A DNA stretch of 63,583 nt, filler included, from Octopus bimaculoides (GCF_001194135.2; 6 parts of 5 records of this genome joined end to end with filler, not necessarily neighbours in it); one strand, 5' to 3'. Positions 22,879-35,299 are shown, counted from the whole stretch's first letter. Numbers and translations: made by a program. Notes: a model not told the origin generated them from the letters alone.

Positions 22879-23556
22879 GCGATGTTATGCATTAAGTTGC
22901 GTGGATCGGTGGAAAACAATAACTTACGTATTTTGGTCATGTTTAACGACAGTGAAAGATAAAGTAAAATGTAACAGAAGGATGTATTTAACACACTGAG
23001 GATCAAATGTGATTAACGCATGATGTTATGATTATTCATGTAAGTACCTAATCATGTAATTCAGATGCAGTAGTAGAAACTGTTCTTTCCTCTCCTCTCC
23101 ACACTATAAAAGAAATCTTTAGTCGACAGACAGTAGTTTTTGCAATGTCATTAATATCCCATTAAATTATGACATTATATAAACTGATTTATTATCACCA
23201 GCTGTTTATTAGTGTTGGCGGTGTTACATTTGGTATAAAAACACGTCTTTTTCGCGTTCGTCATTCTTTAAAGTTTTTTCACTCCTTTCTCTTTTTGATA
23301 TACGTAAGTAAACCTTTAAAAATATTTTATTTCGATAAGAAATTTGTATGAAATATTTACATGATTGTTTTGAATTGTAGCTCAGAATTTGTTCATCAAT
23401 GTATTCTTACAACACATAAAATGAGAAACGCGTCTAATATAAAGTTATATGACAGTATCTTGATTTGATTTAATTGGTATAGAACAGAAAATATAAGGTC
23501 TATATCTAAACTAATTGTATTTTCTCTGCTTCTGTATCTGAATGTGTGCGCTTTTG

Positions 23557-23617
<61 letters not shown>

Positions 23618-24219
23618 GTCTGTCTGTCTATCTATATATCTATCTATCTATCTAAACGGGAAGGAAGAGCTGTTTTTATCGTACTTGTGGCTATGGCGAA
23701 AGAATGTATCTGGTGGACGCGTCTGATAGAATTAGAGACAAACACTTTCCTCTCTGGTCAATCTCTCATCAACTTTTCCAAGTATCACTTGAAAAGGAAG
23801 GTGAGAGTAGAGAGGCAAGTGTTGTCTAATGACTGCTTCCAAAAAAGATGGGTGAATGTAGCAAGGATGGCACGTATAAATGACGAAGCCACCTTGAGCA
23901 TGATCCTATGAAACGGGGAAAAAACAATTGAAAGCAGAGTGTTACTAAACTTTTTGTAATTAAATCTATTAACATGTACATTATTGCCCGAGGTTACCAT
24001 GGTCTTTTCGTAGGTTTTTCTTTCCACGGATAAATCTCCCCATTTCTTGGGAACTCGTTGTATTATTTTATTTTTTGTACATATCTCAAGCAATTTCGAT
24101 TCCATTTGATCGTTGTCCTTNNNNNNNNNNNNNNNNNNNNNNNNNNNNNNNNNNNNNNNNNNNNTTAATTAATTAANNNNNNNNNNNNNNNNNNNNNNNN
24201 NNNNNNNNNNNNNNNNNNN

Positions 24220-24790
24220 NTGGTAGGAATTGGTTCCCAAAAGTTTAGGTTAGTCTGGAGGTTTCGATGGAACATTTGATTTGTATATAGGATGCTATGA
24301 GGATTACGTCCAGATTTTCTATTGTGGGCTGAATTCCTGATTGTTGTTTGGAAGTTATTTTGGGATGTAAGAGAGGTTAGGTCAGTGGAGTGGTGTCCCC
24401 TTAACCGTCTGTGGTTTGTGTTAGATAAGCGTGGGCTCATTTCTGTGTATGTTTTTGGTTTATTTTTCTTCAAGGGGTTCTCCGATGCGAATTCTGTTAA
24501 ACTGTGTTTCGTAGTTAATAAAGAAATTGGCTTGTTTTTCCCAGCGTTGTAGGGAGCTTGTTTCTTCAGCTTCACAAGCTGTTTTCCACAGTTTAAAGAC
24601 ACTTTCCAAGCGTTGACCATCTGAATGTTTCTTTAATTCGTTGTAGATTTCCTCATCTATGTTTTTAAATTTTTGTTCATTACTAAACGCTCTAAGCTTA
24701 TGTATATACATGGAATCGATATAAAAGACTGAACCCGTCTCGATAAAATTCTGGCCTTTTGTTAAAATTTGAAATAAAAATATTACGGTA
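24220..24790 (-). pseudogene. Unidentified frameshifted ORF remnant, probably TE-derived
   Basis: Two overlapping stop-free minus-strand frames (24460-24790 and 24220-24620) in non-repetitive sequence can be joined at an A-rich site near 24465. I recognise no domain. Confidence 0.35.
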
Positions 24791-24797
24791 TAGTTCT

Positions 24798-24985
24798 CAG
24801 CTAGCAGAATCGTTAGCACGCCGGGCATAAATGCTTAACAGCATTTCGTCAGCTTCACGTTCTGAGTTCAAATTCCAAGAAGTCAACTTTGCCCTTCAAG
24901 ATCGATGAAATAAGTACCAGTTGAGCATGGAGTTAGTGTAATCGACTCACCAACTTGTCCAAAACTTCAAGGCCTGTGCCTGTAT
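24798..24985 (+). mobile_element. SINE family C
   Basis: gcagaatcgttagcacgccggg...gttctgagttcaaattcc...aagtaccagttgagca. Confidence 0.8.
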
Positions 24986-25907
24986 ACCAGTTTATTCTAT
25001 GAAAAGGAGGAAGTCTTTTTCTTTTTTCTTTCTTTTTTTTTTTTTTGTCTCCACGCTTATAGTATTTAGAAAAGAGAAAGGAGTTTAGATGTTGATACAA
25101 AAGTAATTGTTGACAAGAGATAATAATGATAGCGAAGAGAATAATTTATTTCATTCAATAGTATTGGCAAGGATCCATAACCACCATCAATAAATATATG
25201 AAAAGTTACTTCCCCTACCACAATAGGTTTCTTTCTTTCTCTGTTTTATCATTGTCTGTCTTTCTCTTTTCTGTCTGTTTCACACACACAACCACCTATA
25301 CTCGTACACACGCATTATTTATTTCATATTACGTCTTGTGACTAATAGCCTCACTGTATACTCATTTCGAACCGATCGATCATTGGGTGCTCTGCATTTT
25401 TTTGTAGCGAATGACAAGGGTGGGGTTGTCTGTGCAAAGCGATTAGAAGTAAATAATACACTTTTTTTTTTTTTCCTTTCGTTTTTTTGCAAACACCAAT
25501 TAGAGATTTTCTCGACGAAGTGTATACACCGGCGAAATTTGTACACACACATACACGACTGGCTTCCTCACAACTTCACCTTCAATCTTTAAATCAACGG
25601 ATCTCCTAGTTTCCTTCAACCAAATATCACTTATAAGACATTAGTCGCCCTAAGGCAATTTCAGAAGGAACTGCACATGATGTCACATAATGGGGTTGAA
25701 CCTGACACCTGATGGTTGTGATGAGAAATTCTTAACTACACAGTTACATTTTTAAAACATTGTCCAAGATCTGACTAATTTTTTAAAGAATTCATGTATT
25801 TTATTTACCTTATGTTCCCTAACTCTAATAAAGGTTTCAAATTTTTGCACAAGGCCTGCAATTTTAAAGGAAGAGTAAGTCGATTACATCAATCCCCAGT
25901 GCCCTTA

Positions 25908-26268
25908 CCAACCACATGGTTCCGGGTTCAGTCCCACAGCATGGCACCTTGGGCAAGTGTCTTCTACTATAGCCTCAGGCCGACCAAAGCCTTGTGAGTG
26001 GATTTGATAGACGGAAACTGAAAGAAGCCCGTCGTATATATGTATATGTATATATATATGTGTGTTTGTGTGTCTGTGTTTGTCTCCCCAACATCGCTTG
26101 ACAACCGATGCTGGTGTGTTTACGTCCCCGTAACTTAGCGGTTCAGCAAAAGAGACCGATAGAATAAGTTCTAGGCTTACAAAGAATAAGTCCTGGGGTC
26201 GATTTGCTCGACTAAAAGCAGTGCTCCAGCATGGCCACAGTCAAATGACTGAAACAAGTAAAAGAGTA
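25908..26268 (+). mobile_element. SINE family B, fused at its 5' side to an inverted family C tail (25833-25903)
   Basis: Near-consensus family B from ccaaccacatggttccggg to gaaacaagtaaaagag. Confidence 0.9.
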
Positions 26269-26752
26269 TATGATACATATATAATACAAAATCACATGAA
26301 AATGCAAATCCAATGCTGGAAAAAACACAAACATGAGTGAAGAAGGAAAAAAAAAAGAGGAAGAAAGAAAATAAACATCCTTTTCAGCACTAAGTTCTAC
26401 ATGTGATTGTATACCACAAGGTTCAACAGAACCTACTGAAGCAAGCCAGCATGCTCACAGCATCACCATGGGCAATGGCAAGGCTAAGGCATTAGAACAG
26501 CCAAGCACCCTCACAGGTACCACCTGACACTTCAGTAAGGCAATTGATTTTAAAAGGATGAAAGGTAGAGCAACCTCTGCAGAATTTGAACTCAGAACCC
26601 CATCTCACACTAGTAATTGTTTCAAATTTTCATTGAAGGTCAGTAGTTTTAGTGGGAGGAGATTGATTGATACCACTGAACCCAGTCCTGACTGGTACTT
26701 TATTTTATTGACCTTAAGAGGATGAAAGACAAATCTGGAAGTGATGCTGCCA

Positions 26753-26790
<38 letters not shown>

Positions 26791-26839
26791 ACACTCTTCA
26801 CAGTTCTGTCTGTTTACTACCTTCGTTCTTACAAGTAGC

Positions 26840-27051
26840 CCTTTCTGCTATAGGCACAAGACCTGAAATTTTGTGGGAGAGCGCAAATCAATTACATCAA
26901 CCCCAGTGCTCAAATGATATTTATTTTATCAAACCTGAAAGAATGAAAGGCAAAGTTGACCTTGGTGACATTTGAATTGAGAATGTAAAGATGTATGAAA
27001 TGCTGCTAAGTATATTTTCCAGCAAGCTAACAATTCTGCAAGCTCACTGCC
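26840..27051 (-). mobile_element. SINE family C (further decayed C fragments at about 26545-26735)
   Basis: The reverse complement matches family C from head to tail. Confidence 0.75.
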
Positions 27052-27109
27052 TTCTTGTTCATACTAATAATGTAACCATTTAAGTAAAGTAAGTAGTAAG
27101 TAAAATCTC

Positions 27110-27300
27110 CAGCTGGCGACCAGAGGGGAAAGCTGTCCTATGAACAAATACACTGCTGTGGGTGATGCTGGATGATGGACTCTGGTGATGATATTAGTCC
27201 ACACTTCATAATCCATGGCACTGGCTTTAACGTGCTTGAGGTTGAGATGCTGTGACTTCAAGTCTTCCACAGTTTTGTAGCGAAGATGGTGAATGAGGAT
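27110..27300 (-). mobile_element. RTE LINE 3' end fragment
   Basis: KTVEDLKSQHLNLKHVKASAMDYEVWTNIITRVHHPASPT resembles the RTE ORF C-terminus (D...L.L....A.DR..W..I). Confidence 0.45.
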
Positions 27301-28031
27301 AATGTTGAAATGTGATATATACAACTTGAGATTGAAACTGAACTGGTAAGCGATGATCTATTCTCTGTTATAAAATACAATGATTGCCATAGATGAAATA
27401 AGATAACATACATGTTACAACACAGATGTGTGAGAGAAATTCGTTGTTAGGCTGGACTGTTGATATTGTAGACATAGTTGACATACTTTGGTGGTGTATA
27501 GAGACAGCCGCTGGTCTGTTGGTCATGTAGTGTTCATACAGCAATTATGTAGACAGACGTCTGGTGGAGGTGAAAGTGGAGATTGGCTGGTGTTAGATAC
27601 ATCGTTACTGGAGACGAGTTGCATGGCGGCAGTGGCAAGTGCCAAAGACTTAGAACAGTCGAGAACTGCCATACTTATGGAGAATAACAGGCTTCTAGAA
27701 GCTGGTGATTAATTTCTTGCATAAGGAAAAATAAACTGTTGGGCCAATGCAAATGGACAGCCAGAAGCCAACCAATACAAACAACAGGTTCATTTAATCA
27801 CAAGGTCACGTGACTACTAGAACGACAAGGCCTTGTGGAGCCAATATCGGGGTATTTAAGCCGAGATGAGTCAAAATGCAAACATCTCATACATTGACAG
27901 TGTAAATCACTTCTGCTATAGTTTGTTTCACCCATGTCTTCCTTTGATGCACTGAGCTGGATTTGCCAGTGCATGAGTTGCTGTTGCCACAAAAGTTGGC
28001 ATGGTAATCTTTCAGTGCTCATCCTGCATCT

Positions 28032-28165
28032 TTGCATAAATTTGAACAATCAATATGTTGGATTGAGCATTCCTTATGACTACAAAACTGCAAGTAAAGA
28101 AAAAAAAAAAAGAAGCTAACCCAAACAATGGATTATTCAAATCAGGAGAGCTTCTTTACTCATTT
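28032..28165. repeat. ~130-bp direct repeat, copy 1 (copy 2 at 30624-30752)
   Basis: ttgcataaatttgaacaatcaatat...atcaggagagcttctttactcattt is present twice, differing by a few substitutions and the A-run length. Confidence 0.95.
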
Positions 28166-28170
28166 ACACA

Positions 28171-28232
<62 letters not shown>

Positions 28233-29239
28233 TTCTCTCTCACATACACACGCACTTACAGACAGTTCATATTTTTTCTCACAAAAGTTACATATATATA
28301 CATACATACTGACAGTCAAAGGTGAAATTGACTCTAGTAGATATTTTAATTTGGTCTGGAATTTTCAATATCTATTTATCAAATGGCTAAAGTTTTACTT
28401 TTTTGGCATATAAGAATGTAATTTGACACACCTATTTACATTGTTGTCTCAATAGCTCACACACAAAAAAGGAAAAATAGTTATAATGACAGACATTAAT
28501 GGAGTTTATTTTGGCTTGGTGATGTATTCATCTATTTCTCAGGTAACCAATACATATATATATATGTATATATGCACAAGTAAGCACATAGGTGGAAAAA
28601 AATAGTACTCAAATACCAAAGGTAGAGTAAAATATTATTTTATTACAGAAAAAAAGAAGTTAAACCATTACTCAATTCTGAGTAGCTGTTTGTAAAGTTT
28701 TTACAGCTTTATTAAAATAGCATGTGTGTGTGTGTGTGTCACCCTGATATACTGCATTTTTAGCACAACATGTTTGTGAAGAGATTTTCTGTTGACAGAA
28801 ACCACTGCATCACACCTTTTCAATGGTGTATATACATTTAGCATGATACACAGATGGTAATTTTAATTTACTAGTTTCAATTGTATTCACCAAGCTTTTT
28901 AGAGCTTGACAAGCTTTCCACAATACTAGTGAATGTATTGTTTACTGTTTCCTATATAATAAAGCACAGATTTTATTTTAGCAAGTGACAAAGAGGTGCA
29001 CAGCATTGACAACTCATCCACCCCAAGTAGAGTTGGAATGCATCTATCATTCTTGTGAGTCACTGCTGCAATGATGTTTGCTTCATTCCAATATATACTG
29101 TATTTTTAAAACATATCCATGAAGATATTTTCTCTCTGACAAAAACGACAGCATTGTGCCTTTCAAAGGTATATATACATCATGATATACAAATGATGAT
29201 TTTACTTTAATCTTACAGGCTTGTGAGCCAATCTTAATC

Positions 29240-29492
29240 TTACAGGCTTGTGGGTATTGGTGCCATGTACAAAGCACACATGCTGGCACTGTATAGGAGC
29301 ACCCAGTACATTCTGTAAAGTGGCTGGTGTTAGGGAGGGCATCCAGCCATAGGAACCATGCCAAAAGAGACATAGAGCCCAGGCAGCTCTTCAGCTGGCC
29401 AGGTCCTGTCATTCCATTCAATTCATGCCAGCATGGAAAATGGACACTAAATCGTGATGATATTGATGATAATGATGAGGATGTTGCTGTAG

Positions 29493-29524
<32 letters not shown>
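29240..29524 (+). mobile_element. Diverged SINE family E with GAT/GTT tail
   Basis: gtgttagggagggcatccagccataggaa...catgccagcatggaaaatggacactaaatcgtgatgat. Confidence 0.65.
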
Positions 29525-29525
<1 letters not shown>

Positions 29526-29809
29526 CAATAATGTTCACTGGGTTTTTTTACAGCTCAGTAAGTTTTCTGCAAGAACAAGTGAGTTTGCTGTTCACTGCTT
29601 CCTATATATCACGGGATGAATCTTATTTTAACAAGTGACAAACAGGTGTATGGCATTGACAAGTTCTAAATAGGGCAGGATGCATCTGTTGTTCTCATAA
29701 GTCACTGCTTCAACAATATTTGCCCTGTTCTGACATGTCTATAAAATGACTTTTCTCACACAGAAGCATCATATCTTTCAACAGTGTATATAGATTTAGT
29801 AAAGACACA

Positions 29810-29966
29810 GATGTTGCAGTATGGTAAGAAGCTTTGTTCCCCACCACATGGCTTCCAGGTTCAGTCCCACTGTGTGGCACCTTGGCCAAGTGTCTACTAG
29901 TATGGCCTCCAGCCAACCAAAACCTTGTGAGTGGATCAGGTAAATGGAAACTGAATGAAACCCATC

Positions 29967-30016
<50 letters not shown>

Positions 30017-30262
30017 ATGCATATGTATGTGTGAATGTATGTGTATGTGTTTGTGTCTGTTTGTTACCCTACCACTGTTTGACAATCAGTGTCGGAGTGT
30101 TTGCATACCCGTAACTTAGCCGTTCAGCAATAGAGATCAATGGAGTAAGTACCAGGCTTAAAAAAAGGAAAAAGACTGGGGTCAATTCATTTGACTAAAA
30201 ATTCTTGAAAGCAGTGCCCCAGCATGGCCACAGTCTAATAACTGAACAAGCAAAAGATAAAT
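29810..30262 (+). mobile_element. SINE family B, full length with internal (GT)n
   Basis: Both halves are colinear with 55411-55795. Confidence 0.85.
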
Positions 30263-30623
30263 GATATGATGCCTGGATGGTGATTTTAATTTAAAGTTGT
30301 TTCAATTGCATTCACCAACAATGTTTTACTGTTATGTCTAGCAGGTTATGTGACTGCATTGACTCTCTCACACTAGCTAGCTCATTTAGGAGACCACAAG
30401 TCTCTTTGCAATAATGAAATGTATGAAATGTATTTCAACAGTATTTAGTTTTGATATCACTAATTCAAAGTTCATATCTTACCATTCATCTCTCTGTATG
30501 GGGTAAATAAATTATGTGTTGAAAATGTCACGGTCTTTAGTGCAACAAAAAAAAAATATTTTAAATAGGCCACTAAAACTACTGCCTGTTTTTAATGGAA
30601 ATAGTTTACTGATTGTGATCATG

Positions 30624-30752
30624 TTGCATAAATTTGAACAATCAATATATTGGATTGAGCATTCCTTATGACAACGAAACTGTAAGTAAAGAAAAAAAGA
30701 AACTAATCCAAACAATGGATTATTCAAATCAGGAGAGCTTCTTTACTCATTT
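30624..30752. repeat. ~130-bp direct repeat, copy 2
   Basis: See 28032-28165. Confidence 0.95.
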
Positions 30753-31069
30753 TGATAAATTGCTATGTTCCTTACAAATTTTGCCCATAAAATTTTGTTT
30801 CCACATACTTGATGCTTTCAGCAAGGTACAACAATATGTGTCTTTTTTACCTTTTTCTATTACAGTCAACTGTTTCAATAACTATGGCTCTTTATAATTC
30901 CTTTATTGGTCTCCATTTTCTTCTTGCAGAAGTCAACTGCAGAAGTTCAGACTAAACTTCAACCACCATGATCTTTTAGTAGATTATCAATAAAGTGGAT
31001 TTCAGCCATTAATTTTTCATTGATAGTACACAATATACTTAAGTATGTATGCTATTATTCAATTTTATT

Positions 31070-31490
31070 TCAAGACTTCTGGTCAATAGAGAAAGAGCTG
31101 GTTTCTAACCTAGATCCAAGGCTCCTTCATTGGAATTTCAACATCAACAGTGTATTTGTGTATATGTGTGCAGTATTTGGAGTTAGTTCATGTGCAGATT
31201 TGTATGTTTTTTCTTATGCATATAGTTGCACATCTAGACATGAGCATATATGTATGATATTATTTCATTCTATTTCTAGGTTTCTTGTCAATGGAAAGAG
31301 TCATTCTTAACCTAAATCCAAGGTTCTTCCATTGGAATTTTAAACAAAATCAACAAGATATTGGTGCATGTTTGGGTAAGTGTATGCAGTACTTGGAGTC
31401 GGTGCTTCTGCAGATTTGGGTGGCTTGTTTTATGTATGTATTCTCATGCATATAGTTGCACATCTAAGCCTGTACATATGTACTTAAATG
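31070..31490. repeat. Diverged ~210-bp tandem duplication
   Basis: aaccta.atccaagg..c.t.cattggaattt, tgcagta.ttggagt and atgcatatagttgcacatcta each occur twice. Confidence 0.8.
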
Positions 31491-31859
31491 CTAAACTTTG
31501 GGGAAGTTTTACATGTATGTATGTATGTATGTATGTATGTATTATATATGTACGTATGTATGTATTCATGACTGTGTGTGTCTGTGTCATTGTTTCTGAT
31601 TGTATGTCTTTCTCAACTCCATTCCCCCCTCTCTTCTCCCCCTCTCTCTCCCCCTCTCTTTTCCCCTCTCTCTCTTCCCTCTCTCTCTCTCTCTCTCTCA
31701 ATCTCTATATTCTTGTATGAACACGAACATTTTACCTTTTTACAATGTCCTTACAAGACTATTTATATTATCAACAGTTTTGTTAAGAAGCTTAATTAAC
31801 TTTCACTGTGTGATACATATTGGGTCAATTGTGAGATAAACTGAGTAAATATTATGACA

Positions 31860-32065
31860 ATCTATAATGAAGTCAACCACAATATTCACATTGTCATCAT
31901 TGTCATCATCATAATTATTTTCATCATCATTATCATCATCATCGACATCATTTTTGTCATCATCGTTCATCCTCATCATCATCATCATCATTGTTGTAAT
32001 TGTCATCATCATCCTCATCATCATCAACTGTCATTATCGTTGTCATCATCACCATCATCATCATT
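31860..32065. repeat. Degenerate (CAT)n trinucleotide tract
   Basis: Visible in the sequence; it produces spurious poly-D/M/H/I ORFs. Confidence 0.9.
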
Positions 32066-32821
32066 GACAGTGTCTTATGTTTCTTCAATGCTTGCATAGG
32101 TTTGAGAGCCTTCTCCAGGCACAGAATTTCAACCACTTGTTACATTCAGTACCACATCCTCTTCTTCATGAAGTTCAGCATCCTAAAACAAGCTGGGATA
32201 CCACTTTCAAGGGTTTTAGCTGACTATTATATCAGTATCAACCTTATCATTTTTCCAGTCTGGTAGTTATTTGATTAATCTTCATATATATTGTACCATT
32301 AAGTTTATAGTACATAAAACAAGACAATCAACACCATTGGGTGAAATTACAACCCACTGGCTGGAAAGGAAGGACCCATTAAATGCTGTGATATATTGTG
32401 TTTTGTGCCCATAAAGACATGTGGTGGTCATGGTTAGAATGTTTTTCATTATAAATATGATCAGTCAGGAATGACCTAGACTAAATAACTAAATCAACCA
32501 CAAACCAATCAGAAAGCCACTATATAGTCATTAAAAATGCTAGAAATAGCAGCCTAAATTTTATCAAATCATATGCCAAAGCTACTTAAAAATGAAGGAC
32601 ACGTTAAACAATGTAGTCCATTATATACACACAGGATGATTGTGACTGCAGCACTTATCATACATCTGCTTCATGCAGGATAACCTGGGCCTAAACACCA
32701 ATAAGAAAAGGAACCTCTATGTGGCTGACTGACCTGCTAGAAATACAAACCAAAGTTCAATCAAACTGTGCCCTATTCTTTTCACAAAGGAAGGGCAGAT
32801 GAAAGAATGTAGTCAACATTA

Positions 32822-33930
32822 TATTGGGTCATCAGACGAATTTGTTCGTTTCTTTCCAGTGTTATTTGAATTAACATGTAAAATAGTTTTACCATGGTGT
32901 TTAATTACTTTTTTGTAGCTCTGTCCTTCCTCTACAACTTTTGTTTATTGTTTTTGTAATTTGAATAAATTTCATCGTTTTTTAGACATGTCATGATAGA
33001 GTGCCAAGTAGAGAAAATTAGCATTTTTGATACCTGCTTCTCTTAGCTTTCAATCAATGTTTGTCCCAAAACTGCCAAATGCACCCAAGACATTTGTGTT
33101 GTACATAGAAAAAGTGCAACTACAGAAAGAACACCACAGGAACTGTTTTCATACTTCAAGGAGAGGAAATTTGATCTCGCAAATTCTCTGCATTCTGGTC
33201 AGCCTGTTTAGCTCAATGAGGATCAACTGAATGGGCTCATCCATGAGGATCCATGCCAATCTAGTTGGGAACTGGCCTGGCAGATGGGATGCTTTCATGA
33301 AACCATTGCCTGTCACCTTTACTCGATTGATAAAGTTCATACAGCTGAAATGTCCTGACATGCTTCCTCAACACAACACTCACCACACCATCCCATCCCC
33401 ACCCTTCACACATTGCTAATTTGATCAAATATCCTATTCCATATTCTCTTGAAATAGAGCTTTAAGCCTTCGGATCATCACTTTTTACGGTCAATCTGCA
33501 ACAGTGTGGAGGCATGTGGCTGAGTGGTTAGGGTGTTGGATTAATGATTGTAAGACTGTGGTTTCAATTCCTGGACTGGGTGACATGCTATGTTCTCAAA
33601 CAAAACACTTCATTTCATATTGCCCCTGTTCACTCAGCCGGCAAAAATGACTAATCCTGTGACAGATCGGCGTCCTGTCCAGGCAGGGAATTTATATGTC
33701 ATGAAACCGAGAAACCAGCCCTTATGAATCAGTGTAACTCATGAAGGTAACATTAACATTGGTAACATTAACATTACTCTGCAACAGTCTGTGAAACATT
33801 TCATTCAACAACAAAGTGAAGCTGAAAACGTGGCTTGATGAATTCTTTGAGTCAAGACTCACAGAAGCTTTGTTAAAATTGTTGAATGAAAATAAATGGG
33901 AAAAAAATGAATTGATCTGACAATCTAGTA
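32822..33930 (+). mobile_element. Internally deleted mariner element with a nested SINE
   Basis: Transposase remnants: MIECQVEK, DICVVHRKSATTERTPQELFSYFKERKFDLANSLHSGQP, LIHEDPCQSSWELA, PYS...PSDHHFLRSICNS and KTWLDEFFESR. Imperfect TIRs tattgggtcatcagacgaatt (32822) and aattgatctgacaatctagta (to 33930). Confidence 0.8.
33506..33777 (+). mobile_element. SINE family D (tRNA head; caaaacacttcatttc body; gacagatcggcgtcctgtccagg tail)
   Basis: Perfect 11-bp TSD tctgcaacagt at 33495-33505 and 33778-33788. Confidence 0.85.
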
Positions 33931-34191
33931 CAAAAGGAAGGATAGTCATGACTGGGAGGCTTTCATTAAAGACATGCTCAGTGAGACAACTATAAATGAT
34001 TTGAGTCAAAGATAAATCCTCCACATCAATGGTTTTCAATCTTTTCTCTCTCATTTATTTATACCACTCAGCTCTATGTAGTCTACTGCTTTCCTCCTTT
34101 CTGCCAAGCAAAAAATATATACTAAATAATCGATTTACCACCACTGCTAAAATATTTGTTTAAGACAATGTGGGAATACTTATTCATACAT

Positions 34192-34226
<35 letters not shown>

Positions 34227-34517
34227 CATACAGGATGGGGCAGAGAAGACAGACGTTTTTGAAATGTTTATTACTCAGTACCAAGGGGAGGGACATATGT
34301 CCAACAGATACCATTTGGTCCATGGTGTCTAAGCATTTTATTTTTCTTTTCAGGATAGCTTTACATTGTAAATTATACACATATTATATTATACACATAT
34401 AAAGCTTGAAACACGTGTACCGCGGAATCCTTTGTAGTTTTGTTGTTATTTTTTTTGATTTACAATTTATATATACATATATGTATGCAGATGTGGCTGT
34501 GTGGTATGAAGGCATAT

Positions 34518-34670
34518 GTGTGGCTATGTGGTAAAAAGCTTGCTTCCCAACATGGTTCTGAGTTCAGTCTCACAGCATGGCACCTTGAGCAAGTGTCTTC
34601 TACTATAGCCTCGGGTCAACCAAAGCCTTATAAGTGGATTTGGTAGAGAGAAACTCAAAGAAGCCTGTCA
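34518..34670 (+). mobile_element. SINE family B 5' half, running into (TA)n and a gap
   Basis: gtggctatgtggtaaaaagcttgcttcccaa...gaaactcaaagaagcctgtcatatata. Confidence 0.85.
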
Positions 34671-35299
34671 TATATATATGTATATATATATGTATATATA
34701 TATCTATNNNNNNNNNNNNNNNNNNNNNNNNNNNNNNNNNNNNNNNNNNNNNNNNNNNNNNNNNNNNNNNNNNNNNNNNNNNNNNNNNNNNNNNNNNNNN
34801 NNNNNNNNNNNNNNNNNNNNNNNNNNNNNNNNNNNNNNNNNNNNNNNNNNNNNNNNNNNNNNNNNNNNNNNNNNNNNNNNNNNNNNNNNNNNNNNNNNNN
34901 NNNNNNNNNNNNNNNNNNNNNNNNNNNNNNNNNNNNNNNNNNNNNNNNNNNNNNNNNNNNNNNNNNNNNNNNNNNNNNNNNNNNNNNNNNNNNNNNNNNN
35001 NNNNNNNNNNNNNNNNNNNNNNNNNNNNNNNNNNNNNNNNNNNNNNNNNNNNNNNNNNNNNNNNNNNNNNNNNNNNNNNNNNNNNNNNNNNNNNNNNNNN
35101 NNNNNNNNNNNNNNNNNNNNNNNNNNNNNNNNNNNNNNNNNNNNNNNNNNNNNNNNNNNNNNNNNNNNNNNNNNNNNNNNNNNNNNNNNNNNNNNNNNNN
35201 NNNNNNNNNNNNNNNNNNNNNNNNNNNNNNNNNNNNNNNNNNNAGTAAAGGGGAGTAACTCTAAGTTTTGGTGAAGAGGGAGCTAACTCTGACCTTATT

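Larger units (their letters stand above)
28690..30330. repeat. Degenerate ~340-bp tandem array interrupted by SINE E and SINE B
   Basis: Recurrent motifs: ttatttta.caagtgacaaa.aggtg (28973, 29623); ttttct...ctttcaa..gt.tata (about 28785, 29127, 29750); gatggt.attttaatt...gtttcaattg.attcacc (about 28852, 30276). Confidence 0.7.

Noticed and set aside
23680-24110. 106-aa ORF 23785-24105 as a retroelement fragment
   Set aside because: It has only a vague resemblance to RT thumb regions, with no motif I can defend.
27488-27712. 74-aa ORF as a host exon
   Set aside because: No recognisable domain or clear splice pair; it is short enough to be chance.
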